Below, piece after piece: positions 10,901 through 21,299 of a DNA stretch of 64,000 nt. The first letter of the stretch is position 1. Every line of letters begins with the position of its first letter. The stretch is from contig CAVQKE010000004.1 of the NCBI GenBank assembly GCA_963713045.1, forward strand, positions 544,001-608,000, given 5' to 3'. The translations under genes and the position numbers were made by a program. This stretch comes from an uncultured delta proteobacterium. Lineage in GTDB: Bacteria > Myxococcota > Myxococcia > Myxococcales > Myxococcaceae. The notes below the pieces were generated by a model that was not told where the DNA came from, searched no databases, and saw only the letters and a list, made by a program, of their open reading frames with translations.

Positions 10901-13702
10901 TCCATAGGCCTGGTTTGCGGCGAAGGTGAGTTGGAGCATGGCCTGCGCCAGAGCGGCACCGAGGTCTTCTCCAACCGCCCCAAGTTTGACGCGAAACGGG
11001 CGCCTGGAGGTGAGCCGTGTCAGTGTGCCCCAAAGGAGGGGGTAAACTGGAAAGAGGAGCGAAGCAACGACCGCACCGGTCCAAACCAACGGGTTTCCGG
11101 GAAGAACGGTCCAGCCCATCAGCAGCAAGATGACGTTTGCCAACGGGACTTGTGTGCGGCGAAGGTTGTCTAAAATTTTCCAACGCGAGATGAGAGGCAA
11201 TCGGTTGCGCTCGAATCCCGCACGGGTCGGAACGATTGGGAACAACCAGAGCAGAATCTGCCAGTCCCCACGGGCCCATCGATGTTGGCGCCGAGCATGC
11301 GCCAAGACGCTCGATGGGTAGTCATCCACCACCTCGACGTCAGTCACCAATGCCGTGCGGGCGTAAAGCCCCTCGAAAAGGTCATGCGAGAGCAGTGCAT
11401 TCTCGGGGACACGGCCCTCCAGCGCCGCAGAAAATGCCTGAAGGTCATAGAGGCCTTTCCCGGTGAAAATCCCTTCGGCAAAAAGGTCTTGGTAGGTGTC
11501 CGAAACGGCCGTTGTGTATGGGTCAACCCCAGTGTGGCCCGAATAGAGCCGCGCGAAGAACGAGCCTCCAGCGCTCGACGTGGTGACGCTGACGCGCGGC
11601 TGTAGAATTCCATACCCCTCCGTGACGCGCCGAGATTTTGGATCAAAATTCGGGCGATTCAGTGGATGGGAGATGATGCCCAACAGCTTTGTCGCCGCAT
11701 CGCGGGGCAGGCGGGTGTCAGAATCGAGGGTCAGACAATAGCGGACGTTGACGAGGATTTCGGGGCTACCGATCTCCAGTTTGAGACTCGTGTCAGTGGC
11801 CCCGCGCAATAAGCGATTGAATTCTTCGAGCTTGCCGCGCTTTCGCTCCCATCCCATCCAGACGCCTTCGGACGGGTTCCATTGTCGATTCCGATGAAAG
11901 AGGTAAAAGCGGTCTGCTCGGCCCTGGGCATACTGGGCGTTGAGCGCTTCAACACCTTTCCGGGCCGCTCGAAGAATGGCCTCGTCGCCCGGCATCTCTT
12001 CCGAGGGAGCGTCGCCGAAGTCTCCGAGAATGGCGAAATGCAGGAACTGGTCCATATTCCCGAGTGCAATGACCTCGAGGTGTTCGAGAAGTCGGTGCAC
12101 TTCGGAAACGTCTGTGAGCAGCGTTGGAAGGACCACCATCGTCCGGGCCGCCACCGGAAGGCCGCCTTGAAAATCCATCCGGGGGAGGCGCCGTGGCCGT
12201 GCCAAGGCTGCGGTGGTCCTCTGAACAATCGCAATTGCTAGCTCACTGGATGGCACCAACAAGCCCAGCGCAATGCAGACGTTCATCCACACCGGGGCGC
12301 CTTGTGACTGGCCATAGGTCACGCCAAGGCTGACGAGGACAACGAGCAGCAGCGCGATTGCTCCAAGGTAGAAGCCTGTCGCATGCGCGAAGAAGGCCCT
12401 CCGGAGGCGCTTTCCCAATCCCGGGCGATAGGCAACATCGACTTCGAGGTCGCGCCTTCCTTGACCAATTAGGTGATAACCAACATGCGCCGAACGACTC
12501 GCGATGGAACCGTTCTCGGCCGCCTGTCGGGCGCTTTCCACGGCACGCAGTGCGACTCGGAGCTGGTTCTCCGCGGATGCGCCAGCCAGCTCCTCAACCG
12601 CCTGTCGGTAACGGTCGCGACTTGGGAAGTCCATGCTGGCATAAACATTCGCCGGGTCGCGTTTCAGCACTTGCTCCACCAAGCTTACGGACTCAACGTA
12701 CTGACTCCAGTCCATGGTGGAGCACAGCCGAAGACTGGTAATTACGTTTCCAACTGAGAGCTGAGTAGCGGCTTGCCGCTGGTGCTCAGCCCGCACCGCG
12801 TCTTCTGCCGTTAAATGCTGCGTGCCAAGGTACTGCTCCACCAAAGAAGCAACCTTCGATAGGCGGCTCCCATACGCGTGCATGCGCTGGAGCAGCTGTG
12901 CGGTATACGCTGCGTGTGGCGGTTGTTCGCCGAACGGTGGCTGCACGTCGCCAGTGATTTCGACCCTCTCGAGAAAGGCGTCGGCTGCTCGCCGTGCGTC
13001 TCGCGCGGCGAGCGTTCCGACCGCTAACCGTCTCAAATTCTCGATGAGGGCTACCTTCAACATGCTCGGCCAGGCCCAAAGCTCTCCGATCGTTAAGGGA
13101 GCGACTGCCTGGAAGCTGTTGAGAAAGCGGTTGAGCTGCGTTTGCTCCAACCGACTGTCGCTGTGACGAATCAGCTCGATAGCCAGCGCGTACACTCGTG
13201 CGTCGCCCGCCAACTCACGTGGGGCCAGCTTCGGCAACTCTCGGTAGTAGCTCAGCGGTAGGCTGATGCGGACGTTGGCTATCTCGGCAGTGACGATGTG
13301 AAAGTTGTCCAGCAGCCACTCGGCCGCCGGGGTGATGAATTCGCCGTGGTGCACTGCCTCGGACAGCGTTCGGTAGGCTCCGGCAAGCACCCGCGCGTTG
13401 TCCTCGAAACGGGGGAACAGGTCCCGCGCCCGACGTCGGGGGTTTGGGTCGATGGTGAAGCGGCCCGCGAGAGACCTCGCGCGCTCGTCGAGCCGCTCAG
13501 TACTGAGCAACTCATCCCGCAGAGGGGATTCGCCCTCCGGGGAGGGACCTTTTCGGAACCAGCCCTTCAGAGTGTCGAGTCTCAAGTGTCGAAAATAGTT
13601 AGGGGCGACGCCATCCCTGCGCCAGTGCCTGCCTACAGCCCGCACGCTCAAGGGAGCCTCGTCGTGACGGCTCGTCTTCTCACCCGGAAGACCGGATACC
13701 AC
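4946..13702 (-). CDS. ndvB: Cyclic beta-1,2-glucan synthase (Cgs/NdvB/ChvB; GT84 + glucoamylase-like + GH94 domains)
   Basis: 2918 aa; [93 protein letters not shown]. True start may be downstream (e.g. TTG 13585). Confidence 0.95.
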   Translation of the reverse strand: MVSGLPGEKTSRHDEAPLSVRAVGRHWRRDGVAPNYFRHLRLDTLKGWFRKGPSPEGESPLRDELLSTERLDERARSLAGRFTIDPNPRRRARDLFPRFEDNARVLAGAYRTLSEAVHHGEFITPAAEWLLDNFHIVTAEIANVRISLPLSYYRELPKLAPRELAGDARVYALAIELIRHSDSRLEQTQLNRFLNSFQAVAPLTIGELWAWPSMLKVALIENLRRLAVGTLAARDARRAADAFLERVEITGDVQPPFGEQPPHAAYTAQLLQRMHAYGSRLSKVASLVEQYLGTQHLTAEDAVRAEHQRQAATQLSVGNVITSLRLCSTMDWSQYVESVSLVEQVLKRDPANVYASMDFPSRDRYRQAVEELAGASAENQLRVALRAVESARQAAENGSIASRSAHVGYHLIGQGRRDLEVDVAYRPGLGKRLRRAFFAHATGFYLGAIALLLVVLVSLGVTYGQSQGAPVWMNVCIALGLLVPSSELAIAIVQRTTAALARPRRLPRMDFQGGLPVAARTMVVLPTLLTDVSEVHRLLEHLEVIALGNMDQFLHFAILGDFGDAPSEEMPGDEAILRAARKGVEALNAQYAQGRADRFYLFHRNRQWNPSEGVWMGWERKRGKLEEFNRLLRGATDTSLKLEIGSPEILVNVRYCLTLDSDTRLPRDAATKLLGIISHPLNRPNFDPKSRRVTEGYGILQPRVSVTTSSAGGSFFARLYSGHTGVDPYTTAVSDTYQDLFAEGIFTGKGLYDLQAFSAALEGRVPENALLSHDLFEGLYARTALVTDVEVVDDYPSSVLAHARRQHRWARGDWQILLWLFPIVPTRAGFERNRLPLISRWKILDNLRRTQVPLANVILLLMGWTVLPGNPLVWTGAVVASLLFPVYPLLWGTLTRLTSRRPFRVKLGAVGEDLGAALAQAMLQLTFAANQAYGMANATVTTLIRLAVTQRRLLQWETAAASAAKAAGLELKAGVRAFWAEMLASPVIALLGALLVGTLRPRALPAAIPILLLWALAPLIAYVLSRPKREERESLSPEDYKYLRQLARRTWRYFEDFDSAAHHRLPPDNFQEAPQARVAPRTSPTNIGMALLSALAAHDLGFIRTREMVDRLEATLTTIESLEQHEGHLLNWYDTQTLAPLTPAYVSTVDSGNLVAALLTLAEGLRELKDGPQPASMLCSGLADVAALVRESYTERAADGAERPLQERIVTEATRVEHLLGGDLAPEVRLTQLRAELPRLETAARAIESSAKGSVAELAFWGRRLASAAATALEPQGSFGERLENLSRRCLTLATRMNFKFLYDSQLQLFAIGYRLADAEGPGRLDTSHYDLLASEARLASFIAIAKGDVREAHWFHLARLLTSVDGRPTLLSWSGTLFEYLLPLLMMRSYPGTLLDLSCRMAVRRQVDFGRECGVPWGISESAYNLVDRNNNYQYKAFGVPGLGLKRGLGEELVVAPYATALASVLEPRKATRNLRRLSDAGVCGTYGFYDAIDYTHLGVDERPGDEGRASALQKGVVVRTFLAHHQGMTLVALANTLLGDRMVKRFHANPQIQATELLLQERVPRSAPISPPSPAEETRSASVPAVSVRRFRSPHTRFPHAQFLSNGRYAVVVTNAGGGASLWRGLAVTPRREDPTQDPGGQFIYLRDVRSGLLWSATHHPVGRDSEEYLVTFVPERATFRRRDEDVSTQLDIAVSTEDDVEVRRVSISNHGDRTREIEVTSYVELVLASLTDQLAHPVFAKLFLETEYLPESAALICRRRSRAPEDPELWAVHVLSQEGRTQGPVEWETDRLRFLGRGRGPEEAQAMDGRALSCTTGVPLDPILSLRQRVRLPPGAIIRLSFCTGVTTSREAACALAQKYHQQAAASRTFALASARALSTFRHLNISEEEATRFERLASRVLYEDGSLRAAPELRASNTLGQEGLWHHGISGDNPILLVRVVQPEDAGLVRETLLAQEYWRLKGLTADLVIMNEQPLGYLDEVHAQLLGVLEEGSWRSWKDRPGGAYLLRADRISREERIVIASMARAVLSGERGTLAAQLGRPEQVFPEAAHFVASGSRRARPRFGTDDAAVSVPTVTMGNGIGGFADGGREYTVVLEGDQETPLPWVNILANPNFGTIVTTSGSAFTWSENSRQNRLTPFANDPVTDPTSEALLVRDEGSGDAWSLTPGRLCRTGSGGRHVIRHAPGRTIFSGATRGIRHQLDVFVAERDPTKFCLVSLTNDSDAPRRLSLFFYNAWALGPPVAGIQLGVMTELESAGKAVFARNPYNGEFPGRVAFAAASQQLISATGDRCSFIGRNGTLARPAGLGHRQLSGRFGAGLDPCAVLHVSVSLAPAESQKLVFVLGQGRSHDEAQALALRSASVAAAEAELAAVQKSWNTALHGIQVHTPDDSFDYLLNQWLLYQALSCRMWARSGYYQPGGAFGFRDQLQDAMALAQARPDLLREHLLRAAGRQFIEGDVQHWWHESSGGGVRTRCSDDLLWLPKAAIHYVDSTGDAAVLDETVGFLEGPPLAPDAQESYGHPQSSTQTASLFDHCLRAVERALTSGAHGLPLMGSGDWNDGYNRVGRGGRGESTWVGFFLQGILTDMARLCESRDERPRAERFRQEAARLATALQLTWDGEWYLRGYYDDGSPLGSAQCDEGKIDSLAQSWAVLSGAVPRKFAEQAMDGVRTHLLRRASRLLALLAPPFDHTAQDPGYIKSYPPGIRENGGQYTHAAVWAVMALAELGNGDEAAELFHMLNPLNRTRLASDVERYKGEPYAIAGDVLAHSDHVGRCGWTWYTGAAGWMYRVGLENILGLRRHGSTFEVSPCIPSSWPSYTIEWRIGQTHYEIAVDNPESRCQGIRNAFLDGVPVDARRIPLVEDGARHSVRLALGGTTSSQAGGEGIADARDVLGGLRSVDERLSGGHANGR

Positions 13703-13979
13703 GTCGGGACAGCGCGAGTCGGCGTCAGCTGGACAGGGCGCGGGAAATCCGGGTCGCTGTCAGCCCAAAACTCTGTCCTGCAGCTGGCATGACCACTTCG
13801 TCGGAAGGCTACTGCTTTGGTCATTGAAGGCTGCGGTCCCGCTCGGCCAGCCGATGACCGGTGACTCAAGCACGGTCTGACCTTAGACAGTCCAAGTACC
13901 CCCTCGCATTCCGCCCGCGGCCGGCCGGCGGTAACGTTGGAAAAACCGCTCAGCCAGACTCCCAGTGGGCGGTAGTCGA

Positions 13980-15341
13980 ATGGCGCGTGGAATAGCGTTT
14001 GCGGAGGCGGGATTGAGAAACGTCATTGCCCGGGCGCAGTCAATCCCACGCCGTGGCATCCGGTACGCCGCGTTGGCCGCGCTCCTTGCGACCACCGTTG
14101 CGGCCACCTGGACTTGGGGACCGCTTCTCGCGGGGCCCCCTCGCACAATCACCCTGGCAACCGGCCTCGCGGGCGGCGCGTACGGGGCGCTTGGTCCGCG
14201 TTACCAGAAAATCCTGGCCACAAACGGCGTCACCGTCCGCCTTTTGCCTACGGGAGGCGACCTTGACAACCTGGCCAAGCTTCGCGATCGCCGCTCGGCG
14301 GTGAGCGTCGCCTTCGTCCAGGCAGGCATTGCGACCGACGCGGAGAAGAGCGGACTCGTTTCGCTCGGAACCCTGATGTTCTCTCCGATGTGGGTGTTCC
14401 AGCGGGGAGAGCACTCGGGCATTGGATTGGGCGATCTCGTCGGAAAGCGTGTCTCGATTGGACCCGAGGGAAGCGGCACCCGCTTTCAAGCACTGAAACT
14501 GCTGACATTGGAAGGCGCGGACCTAAACCGCGTCGACTTGAGGGGCTACGCACCCGCGGAAGTCGAAACTGCATTGGACCGCGAGGAGCTGGATGCCGCG
14601 GTCATCGTCGCCTCTTGGGAGTCGCCGGTCATCCGACGATTGAATGCCGACCCCAGGCTGTGGCTCGTGAACTTTCCCCGAGCGGACGCGTACGTGGCGC
14701 TCAGGCCCTACCTCACCAAGCTCACCTTGCCGATGGGAGTGGGAGACTTGGCGAGAAACCTGCCGAGAACGGACATCGCTCTGCTGGCCACGAAGGTGAG
14801 TCTGCTCGTCCGCGACAATCTCCATCCTGCCATCCAGTATCTTCTCCTCGACGCGGCCACCAAAATCCATGGCGGCCCGGCGCTTTTTCAACACGCCGGG
14901 CAGTTTCCGGCGGGTGAGCCGATGGACGTCCCGCTCAGTTCGGACGCGGAACATTTCTACAAGTCGGGGCTACCATTTCTCTACCGGTACTTCCCATTCT
15001 GGTTGGCGGTCCTGGTGGAGCGCCTGCTCATACTGCTCATCCCGGCGGTCGGTCTGCTTTACCCGTTGGTGCGAGTGGTGCCGGGGCTCTACTTCGGCGT
15101 CATGCAGCGCCGGATACTCGTGCTGTATCGAGACCTCAAGCTGGTGGAACGGGAGCTCGACGAGCCCACTGGCGAAGACGCGGCCAGTTTGGCGGCTCGA
15201 GTCAACACGCTGAAGGGAAAGGCCAACGGGTTGCGTGTCCCGCTGCAGCTCAGCCAAAACCTCTATCACCTCAAAGCGCACATTCGTTTGGTTCAGGGGC
15301 GCATCGCGGAGAACGCCACCGAGATTCGGCAGCCGAAGTAG
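13980..15341 (+). CDS. TAXI-family solute-binding protein with N- and C-terminal membrane segments
   Basis: ITLATGxxGGAY, TGGDLDNL, FVQAG, GKRVSIGPEGSGT; C-terminal FWLAVLVERLLILLIP TM plus a helical tail. Start uncertain. Confidence 0.85.
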   Translation: MARGIAFAEAGLRNVIARAQSIPRRGIRYAALAALLATTVAATWTWGPLLAGPPRTITLATGLAGGAYGALGPRYQKILATNGVTVRLLPTGGDLDNLAKLRDRRSAVSVAFVQAGIATDAEKSGLVSLGTLMFSPMWVFQRGEHSGIGLGDLVGKRVSIGPEGSGTRFQALKLLTLEGADLNRVDLRGYAPAEVETALDREELDAAVIVASWESPVIRRLNADPRLWLVNFPRADAYVALRPYLTKLTLPMGVGDLARNLPRTDIALLATKVSLLVRDNLHPAIQYLLLDAATKIHGGPALFQHAGQFPAGEPMDVPLSSDAEHFYKSGLPFLYRYFPFWLAVLVERLLILLIPAVGLLYPLVRVVPGLYFGVMQRRILVLYRDLKLVERELDEPTGEDAASLAARVNTLKGKANGLRVPLQLSQNLYHLKAHIRLVQGRIAENATEIRQPK

Positions 15342-15503
15342 TAGCCTCTCGAGGCCCCCGGTCGGCGGCAACCCTGCCCGAACTCTAGGGTAGCGGGCCT
15401 ACGCGGGTGGCTGCCGGTCGGGAGCGCAGGCGACCGGGGCCTGCCCTGTTCCAGACGAGGTCAGGTGGGGGAAATCCCCTGTCGCACGGACCTTGGCTTT
15501 GAG

Positions 15504-15576
<73 letters not shown>

Positions 15577-15698
15577 GACGAACTGGACGTTGGCGACGCG
15601 AAGCGGGCCAAGGGTCCGTGCTCATAGCGGATCTCGTCGGGGCCCGCCAGCCCGCAACCCCCTCGAATCGCGGCGTCCCAACGCAGACCCCTTCGGTG

Positions 15699-15782
15699 TG
15701 GCCCTCCCCGGACTCGAACCGGGACGCTGTCACCAGCAACGGATTTTGAGTCCGTCTCGTCTACCAATTTCGACAGAGGGCC
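15699..15782 (-). tRNA. tRNA-Leu (CAA)
   Basis: GGCCCTC/GAGGGCC acceptor stem, ACGGA-CTCAAAA-TCCGT anticodon arm, long variable arm, GGTTCGAGTCC T-arm; CCA not encoded. Confidence 0.96.
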
Positions 15783-15898
15783 GCCCGCGCTGACGCTGTC
15801 GCGGAGGCCGGTCATACACCGGCCTGGCGAGGTCTGAAACCACTTCTGGGGGTCGTTGCCCCCAAGGGGGAAAGTGTGGCTAAACCCACGGTCCACCT

Positions 15899-16633
15899 AT
15901 GTACAACCTACTCATCGCCCTGGCGGCTGGGCTCCTGGTGGCCGCGGCGGTCCTCTTGGCGCACCTACCCTGGTATGCCGCCGTGGTGCCGGGTTTCCTG
16001 GCTTTCGCCGGCGCATTCCTCCTCCTCGCCCGCCGGGTCGGAAAGCGGGTGAAGGCCATTATGGACCAGGCCCAAAAGGAGCTCTCCATTCAGCCGAGCA
16101 GCGTCAAGGAGCGACAGCAGCGCATCGAGAAGGCCGTAAAAACGCTCGAGTCGGCACTCATCTGGGACAAGTGGCAGCCCTTCATCGGCGGAGAGATTCA
16201 CGCTCAAATTGGGATGGTCCAGTACATGGTGAAGGACTACGCCCAGGCAGAGCCTCACCTCAAGAAGGCAAGTCCCCGCAATGGCTTGGCCCAGGGGCTG
16301 CTGGGGGCGCTTCACTTCCAGCGGAAGGAGTACGCGGAGATGGAGCGTGCCTTCGAGGGCGCTGTCAAAGGCCAAAAGAAGGAAGGCGTCTTGTGGGCTG
16401 CGTACGCCTGGTGCCTGTTGCAGCACAAGGAGCGGGATAAGGCCCTCCAAGTCATGAATCGGGCTGTGGCCGCGAACCCAAGCGATGAGAAACTTAAGGC
16501 TGGGCTGGTAGCGCTGCAGAATGACAAGAAGCTCAAGATGAAGGCCTGGGAGCCCTTGTGGTGGCAGTTCGGGCTCGAGACACCGCCGGAGATGATGGGC
16601 GGCGGCCGTCAGGTGCGCTTCCAGCGTCGCTGA
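15899..16633 (+). CDS. Membrane-anchored tetratricopeptide-repeat protein
   Basis: Two N-terminal TM helices followed by TPR-like helices (AQIGMVQY..KDYAQAEPHLKKA; WAAYAWCL..KALQVM). Confidence 0.8.
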   Translation: MYNLLIALAAGLLVAAAVLLAHLPWYAAVVPGFLAFAGAFLLLARRVGKRVKAIMDQAQKELSIQPSSVKERQQRIEKAVKTLESALIWDKWQPFIGGEIHAQIGMVQYMVKDYAQAEPHLKKASPRNGLAQGLLGALHFQRKEYAEMERAFEGAVKGQKKEGVLWAAYAWCLLQHKERDKALQVMNRAVAANPSDEKLKAGLVALQNDKKLKMKAWEPLWWQFGLETPPEMMGGGRQVRFQRR

Positions 16634-16636
16634 GGC

Positions 16637-17524
16637 TCAGGTGACGGTTGTATACGGCGGGGTAACGAAGCGAGCCCCCGGCTCCCGCCGAAACCAGGTG
16701 CGCTGTCGCTTGGCGTAGGCGCGGGTTTCTCGCTCAGTGTCCGCTTCCGCCCGGGCCGTGCTGAGACGCCCATCCACCACGCCGAGGGCCTGGCGATACC
16801 CGACGCTGGCCATGGCCGGGGCATCGCGGTAACCGCGGCGGACAAGCGCTTCGACCTCCGCCACCAAGCCACGGGCAAACATCGCCCGGGTACGGGTGGT
16901 GATTGCCTTCAGGAGGGCATCCCGAGGCGGGTCGAGAAACCACAGGGTGTAGGGATAGCGATTTTCCGCGAAGCCGTGGGCCCGTTGCGCGGAAGACGCC
17001 GGCTGACCCGTCACCTCGCAAATCTCCAGAGCGCGCACCACCCGAACCGCGTCCGCGACGGCGATGCGCCTAGCCGACTCTGGGTCGAGTTGTGCAAGGC
17101 GCGCGTGCATTTCCCCCGGACTGAGGCGCTGCGCATCGGACTGCAGGCGCGCCCGCACCACCGGGTTGGGCGTGCCAACGGACAAGCCATGAAGGAGGGC
17201 TCGGATGTACAGGCCGGTGCCGCCGACGACGAGGACGCGCCGGCCGCGCATGGTGGCCTCGCGAATGGCCGCATCGGCCAGACACTGAAAACGCGCTGCA
17301 CTGAAGCGTTCCAGCGGGTCGACCACCGAAACGAGGTGGTGTGGGACGCGGGCCAGGGCGCCAGCGTCCGGCTTCGCCGTTCCCACGTCGAAGTACCGGT
17401 ACACCGCCTGCGAGTCGGCGCTCACAATTTCCGCACCCTCGCGCTCGGCAATCTCGAGGGCCAGGGCGCTCTTGCCAGCGGCAGTGGGGCCAGCGATAAC
17501 AGTCAGCGCAGGTTGGGCTTTCAC
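16637..17524 (-). CDS. miaA: tRNA dimethylallyltransferase
   Basis: IAGPTAAGKS, IVSADS, GTAKP, VGGTGLY, YAKRQRTWF; GTG start overlaps the hisS stop (GTGA). Confidence 0.96.
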   Translation of the reverse strand: MKAQPALTVIAGPTAAGKSALALEIAEREGAEIVSADSQAVYRYFDVGTAKPDAGALARVPHHLVSVVDPLERFSAARFQCLADAAIREATMRGRRVLVVGGTGLYIRALLHGLSVGTPNPVVRARLQSDAQRLSPGEMHARLAQLDPESARRIAVADAVRVVRALEICEVTGQPASSAQRAHGFAENRYPYTLWFLDPPRDALLKAITTRTRAMFARGLVAEVEALVRRGYRDAPAMASVGYRQALGVVDGRLSTARAEADTERETRAYAKRQRTWFRREPGARFVTPPYTTVT

Positions 17525-18789
17525 CGGCGGCTGGCAAGGAGTGCGGCAGCAACGCTGTCGAGCCGGACGCGCACCGTCTCGCCGCCGCCCAGCGGCTTCA
17601 GCTCGCCCTCCCCGCTCGCCAACTCGCGCTCCCCAAGCACCAGCGCGAACCGCGCGCCACTCTTGTCGGCGCGTTTCATCTGACTCTTGAGAGAGCCCCC
17701 ACGGGGGTCGAAGTCCACGGCGTGGCCGCCGCGCCTCAGCTCGCTCACCATTCGAAAGGCCTGGTCCTGCCCGGCCGCATCTGCAACGGCGACGAAGAGC
17801 TCGGGCGCGGACTCCTCCTGCCGGCCCTTCTCGGCAAGCAACAGACAGAGGCGGTCCATTCCCATCGCCCACCCCACCGCAGGCACTGGCGGCCCGCCTA
17901 GCTCCTCGACCAAACGGTCATAGCGTCCGCCTCCACCAACGGCTGTCGCGGTACCCAAGGCTGGAGCATCGGCCAGAAACTCGAAAGCGGTGCGTGTGTA
18001 GTAGTCCAGGCCACGGACCATTCTCGGATTGAGTCTGTAGGGCGCGTGGATGACATCGAGTTTCCGCCGCAGCTCGCTGAAATGCGTTCGGCAAGGCTCG
18101 CACAGCGCATCCAGGACGACGGGAGCGCCGGCGACGACGGTCTGACAGTTTGGGTTCTTGCAGTCGAGAACGCGCAGAGGGTTGCGCCCCAAGCGCGCTT
18201 GGCACTCGGGGCAGAGCTCGCTCTGGTGCGCACGAAGGTAGTCGCTGAGAGCCGCGAGGTAGGCAGGACGACAGGTCTCGTCGCCGAGGGAGTTCAGCTC
18301 GAGCCGGACTCCTTGCAACCCGAGGGTGTCGATGAGTTGCAATCCGAGGTCGATGAGCTCGGCATCCTGCGCCGGCTCGGCCGAGCCGTAGGCCTCAGCG
18401 CCCATTTGCCAGAATTGGCGGTAGCGCCCAGTCTTCATCCGCTCGTACCGGAACATCGGTCCGACGTAGTACCAGCGGGTGACTGGCTCTCGGACGTGGA
18501 CCGCGTGCTCGATGTAGGCCCTCGCGGCCGGGGCTGTGTTTTCCGGGCGGAGCGACAAGCTACGCCCTGCGCGGTCCTCGAAGCTGTACATTTCCTTACC
18601 GACGATGTCCGTCTCTTCGCCCACGCTGCGGACGAAGAGCGCAGTCTCCTCCAGGATGGGCGTCCGAATTTCTTCGTAACCAAAGCGGTGGAACCCTTCG
18701 CGCGCCCGCGCTTCAAGCAGATGCCAGGTCCGCACTTCTGGCGGAAGTAGGTCGTTCATCCCCTTGACTGCGCTGAAGCGCTGGCTCAT
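17521..18789 (-). CDS. hisS: Histidine--tRNA ligase
   Basis: VKGMND, LRPENTA, GPMFRYER, GRYRQF, VRGLDYY, GGGRYD, anticodon-binding domain. Confidence 0.97.
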   Translation of the reverse strand: MSQRFSAVKGMNDLLPPEVRTWHLLEARAREGFHRFGYEEIRTPILEETALFVRSVGEETDIVGKEMYSFEDRAGRSLSLRPENTAPAARAYIEHAVHVREPVTRWYYVGPMFRYERMKTGRYRQFWQMGAEAYGSAEPAQDAELIDLGLQLIDTLGLQGVRLELNSLGDETCRPAYLAALSDYLRAHQSELCPECQARLGRNPLRVLDCKNPNCQTVVAGAPVVLDALCEPCRTHFSELRRKLDVIHAPYRLNPRMVRGLDYYTRTAFEFLADAPALGTATAVGGGGRYDRLVEELGGPPVPAVGWAMGMDRLCLLLAEKGRQEESAPELFVAVADAAGQDQAFRMVSELRRGGHAVDFDPRGGSLKSQMKRADKSGARFALVLGERELASGEGELKPLGGGETVRVRLDSVAAALLASRR

Positions 18790-19631
18790 CGCACCTCCCC
18801 GATGCGTCGACCCATGGTCACTTTCGCTCCGGAGCCAAGCCCGGCGTCCCATGAGACTCGGCCTGCGGCAAACAACAGAACCACCGTTGAGCCCATCTCA
18901 AATCGCCCCAATTCGTCCCCCTTCGAGACCGGGAGGGGCGGGGAAAACGCTCCGAAGGCAGGGGGCGACCCAGCTTGCGCAAAGACGCCGGCGTAGGCAG
19001 CGCGGAGTCTCCCGACGCAGGTCGCTCCCACCATCACCACGGCGCAGCGTCCCGCGGGCGTGTCGAGCCAGGTGATGAGCCGCTCATTGAGGACAAAGAG
19101 GCCATGCACATTGCGCACGCTGGCTGGGTTGACCGGCCACAATTCCCCAGGCAGGTACCGCCAACCGAGGATGGAGCCGCCCAGGGGCGTGTGCACCCGG
19201 TGGTAGTCGCGTGGCGAAAGGTAAAGCGTGGCGAAGGTTCCCCCGTCCGCAAAAGGCCGCGCGGCCCCGGCATCTCCAAGCAATTCAGCCACAGGGTAGT
19301 GCAGCCCCTTCGCTTGGATGCAGTCGCCGCCCTTGACGACACCCGCCTCACTGACCGTGCCATCGACTGGCGACACCACGACGCGCTCTCCAGCATCGAG
19401 GGGACGAGCGCCCCGCTTCAGCCGTCGGGAAAAGAACTCCGAGAAGGTGCCGTAGTCCTCCAGGGGCCGCTCGGCCTCGTCCAGCTGGACCCGGTAGGCC
19501 CGCGCGAAGCGTCGCATGGCTGCCCGATGGAGGCCCGCCGGCGCCGGCGCCCGCGTGGCGGCACCTACCACGCGGGAGAGTGCGGCGCGAGGCAGGAGCC
19601 GCACCAAGGTCATGAAGGTCTGGTCTCGCAT
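18786..19631 (-). CDS. psd: Phosphatidylserine decarboxylase proenzyme
   Basis: FFSRRLK, SPVDG, YLSPRDYHR, NER, GRFEMGSTV cleavage motif. Confidence 0.94.
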   Translation of the reverse strand: MRDQTFMTLVRLLPRAALSRVVGAATRAPAPAGLHRAAMRRFARAYRVQLDEAERPLEDYGTFSEFFSRRLKRGARPLDAGERVVVSPVDGTVSEAGVVKGGDCIQAKGLHYPVAELLGDAGAARPFADGGTFATLYLSPRDYHRVHTPLGGSILGWRYLPGELWPVNPASVRNVHGLFVLNERLITWLDTPAGRCAVVMVGATCVGRLRAAYAGVFAQAGSPPAFGAFSPPLPVSKGDELGRFEMGSTVVLLFAAGRVSWDAGLGSGAKVTMGRRIGEVR

Positions 19632-19659
19632 TTCCCGGGGCATCCCCCGACCACTGCTG

Positions 19660-20367
19660 CTAACCGGCGTCGGGCGGTGGCGCAGCAGCGGCTTGCGCCC
19701 CTCCGTCCTCACCTGTCGACGGAGGGGGGGGCGGCGGACGAATCACGGAGGACTTCGGCACCACGCCCATGACGGCTTGGCCGTCCGCGACGACGATGGC
19801 GTCCGCGAAGCCCGGGTGGGCAGTCCGGCAGTAGCTCGAGTCCACCAACTCGTAGCTGTCCTTGGCCCCGGCGCCCTGGACGTTGACTGGGCCGGCAATC
19901 TGGAAGCAGTCCGCGAAGCGACGATTGAAGTCAGTCATCGGCATTCCTGCCGTCGGCTGGATGGGCTCGAGGGGGCCTGCATCGGGTGGAGGTGGCACGG
20001 CAGCGGGCTTCGGGACGCTCTCCGCGGTCGCCTCCCGAGGCGCATTGCTCACCGTGGAGGGTGTGCGCGCGGCCACCGAGGCCGCTTCCGTCTCGTCTTG
20101 TGCCTTCTGCATCCGAGCCCGTCCCTCGTGAATGCGATTCAACAGCTGGGAAGCGGCCTCGGCGTCGAGCGAGTCGGTAGGCACCCGCTGGAGCAGAGCC
20201 TCCACTTCATGCATTTTTGGGTCGAGGTAGGCGTCGTCCAGCCGCTGGGCGTAGAGCTTGTTGAAGGCCTCGGAGGCTCGTGAGAATTCCGGGCTGGGTT
20301 CGCGGCGGCGGCTGCATCCACTGCCGGCGACGGCCAACACGGCGAGGATGGCAAGTGTCCGGAGCAC
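19660..20367 (-). CDS. Hypothetical lipoprotein
   Basis: Hydrophobic leader ending GSGC, helical domain, Pro-rich linkers; start inferred at GTG 20367. Confidence 0.7.
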   Translation of the reverse strand: MLRTLAILAVLAVAGSGCSRRREPSPEFSRASEAFNKLYAQRLDDAYLDPKMHEVEALLQRVPTDSLDAEAASQLLNRIHEGRARMQKAQDETEAASVAARTPSTVSNAPREATAESVPKPAAVPPPPDAGPLEPIQPTAGMPMTDFNRRFADCFQIAGPVNVQGAGAKDSYELVDSSYCRTAHPGFADAIVVADGQAVMGVVPKSSVIRPPPPPPSTGEDGGAQAAAAPPPDAG

Positions 20368-20425
20368 GGTTGAGGTGCTTAGCTTACTCGGGGCAGGCCT
20401 GCGAGGTTCCACATCTGGGCTGCCG

Positions 20426-21157
20426 TCATACGCCGAGAAACAGCCTTCGGCCGAAGTTAGGGGCCAGCCCAGCTTCATCGATGCGCCGAGCCGCACTTTG
20501 GATGTCGTAAGGGACGCGGATGTATTCCACCATCCGTGCCCCGGTGTCGCACACCACGAAACATGCACGGTTGTCATAGTCGCGCGGCTGTCCGACACTT
20601 CCGACTGAGATGAGGTATTGAAAGCCGCGCCGAATGGAGAATTTCTGCGCGACGACGTCCGCCACCTGGCCGGCGCCAAAGGCAAACGCCTTGCACAGGT
20701 GGCTGTGACCGATGAAAGTGACCTCCGCCAAGTCATCGGCAAACGGCATCAACTCCCGCGCCTGCTGGAGAGCAAAAATGTATTCATAGGCGCGCGGGTC
20801 CACTGGGGAGCCGTGGGAGAAGCCGACCTCACCAATGCGGTAGGTGAATGGGAGGCTCCGCAGCCAGGCCAGGTTATCCTCACTGAGCACCTGTGCGGAC
20901 CAGTCCAGGGCGTGCCGGGCCGCGTCGTAATAGAAGGAGTAATCCATTCGTCCGGCCACGGCGGCATCGTGGTTACCGAGCAAGGTGACTTCCGCAACCC
21001 CGCGCACCAGCTCGCAGCATGCATTGGGTGAGGCGCCGTAGCCGACGATGTCGCCGAGTGAAACCACCCGGTCGACTCGGGCACCGTCCACGGCTCGAAG
21101 CACGGAGGTCAGCGCCTCGAGATTGGAGTGGACGTCGGAAAGGATGGCAACGCGCAT
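20426..21157 (-). CDS. Calcineurin-like metallophosphoesterase
   Basis: SDVHSN, LGDIVGY, GNHD, HGSP, GHSH, GSVGQPRD. Confidence 0.93.
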   Translation of the reverse strand: MRVAILSDVHSNLEALTSVLRAVDGARVDRVVSLGDIVGYGASPNACCELVRGVAEVTLLGNHDAAVAGRMDYSFYYDAARHALDWSAQVLSEDNLAWLRSLPFTYRIGEVGFSHGSPVDPRAYEYIFALQQARELMPFADDLAEVTFIGHSHLCKAFAFGAGQVADVVAQKFSIRRGFQYLISVGSVGQPRDYDNRACFVVCDTGARMVEYIRVPYDIQSAARRIDEAGLAPNFGRRLFLGV

Positions 21158-21299
21158 GCCCTTGGGGCCTTCCACCCTAGCAGGGCTGGCCGTCAGCAGC
21201 AGCAGGGCACCGCGCAGGCCGCGTTGAGCGCTTGCCCCGAAGGCGCCGGGCGTGGTTTCAGAGGACCCTCCCCCCCTTCCACCCCGCTGGGACTACCTC

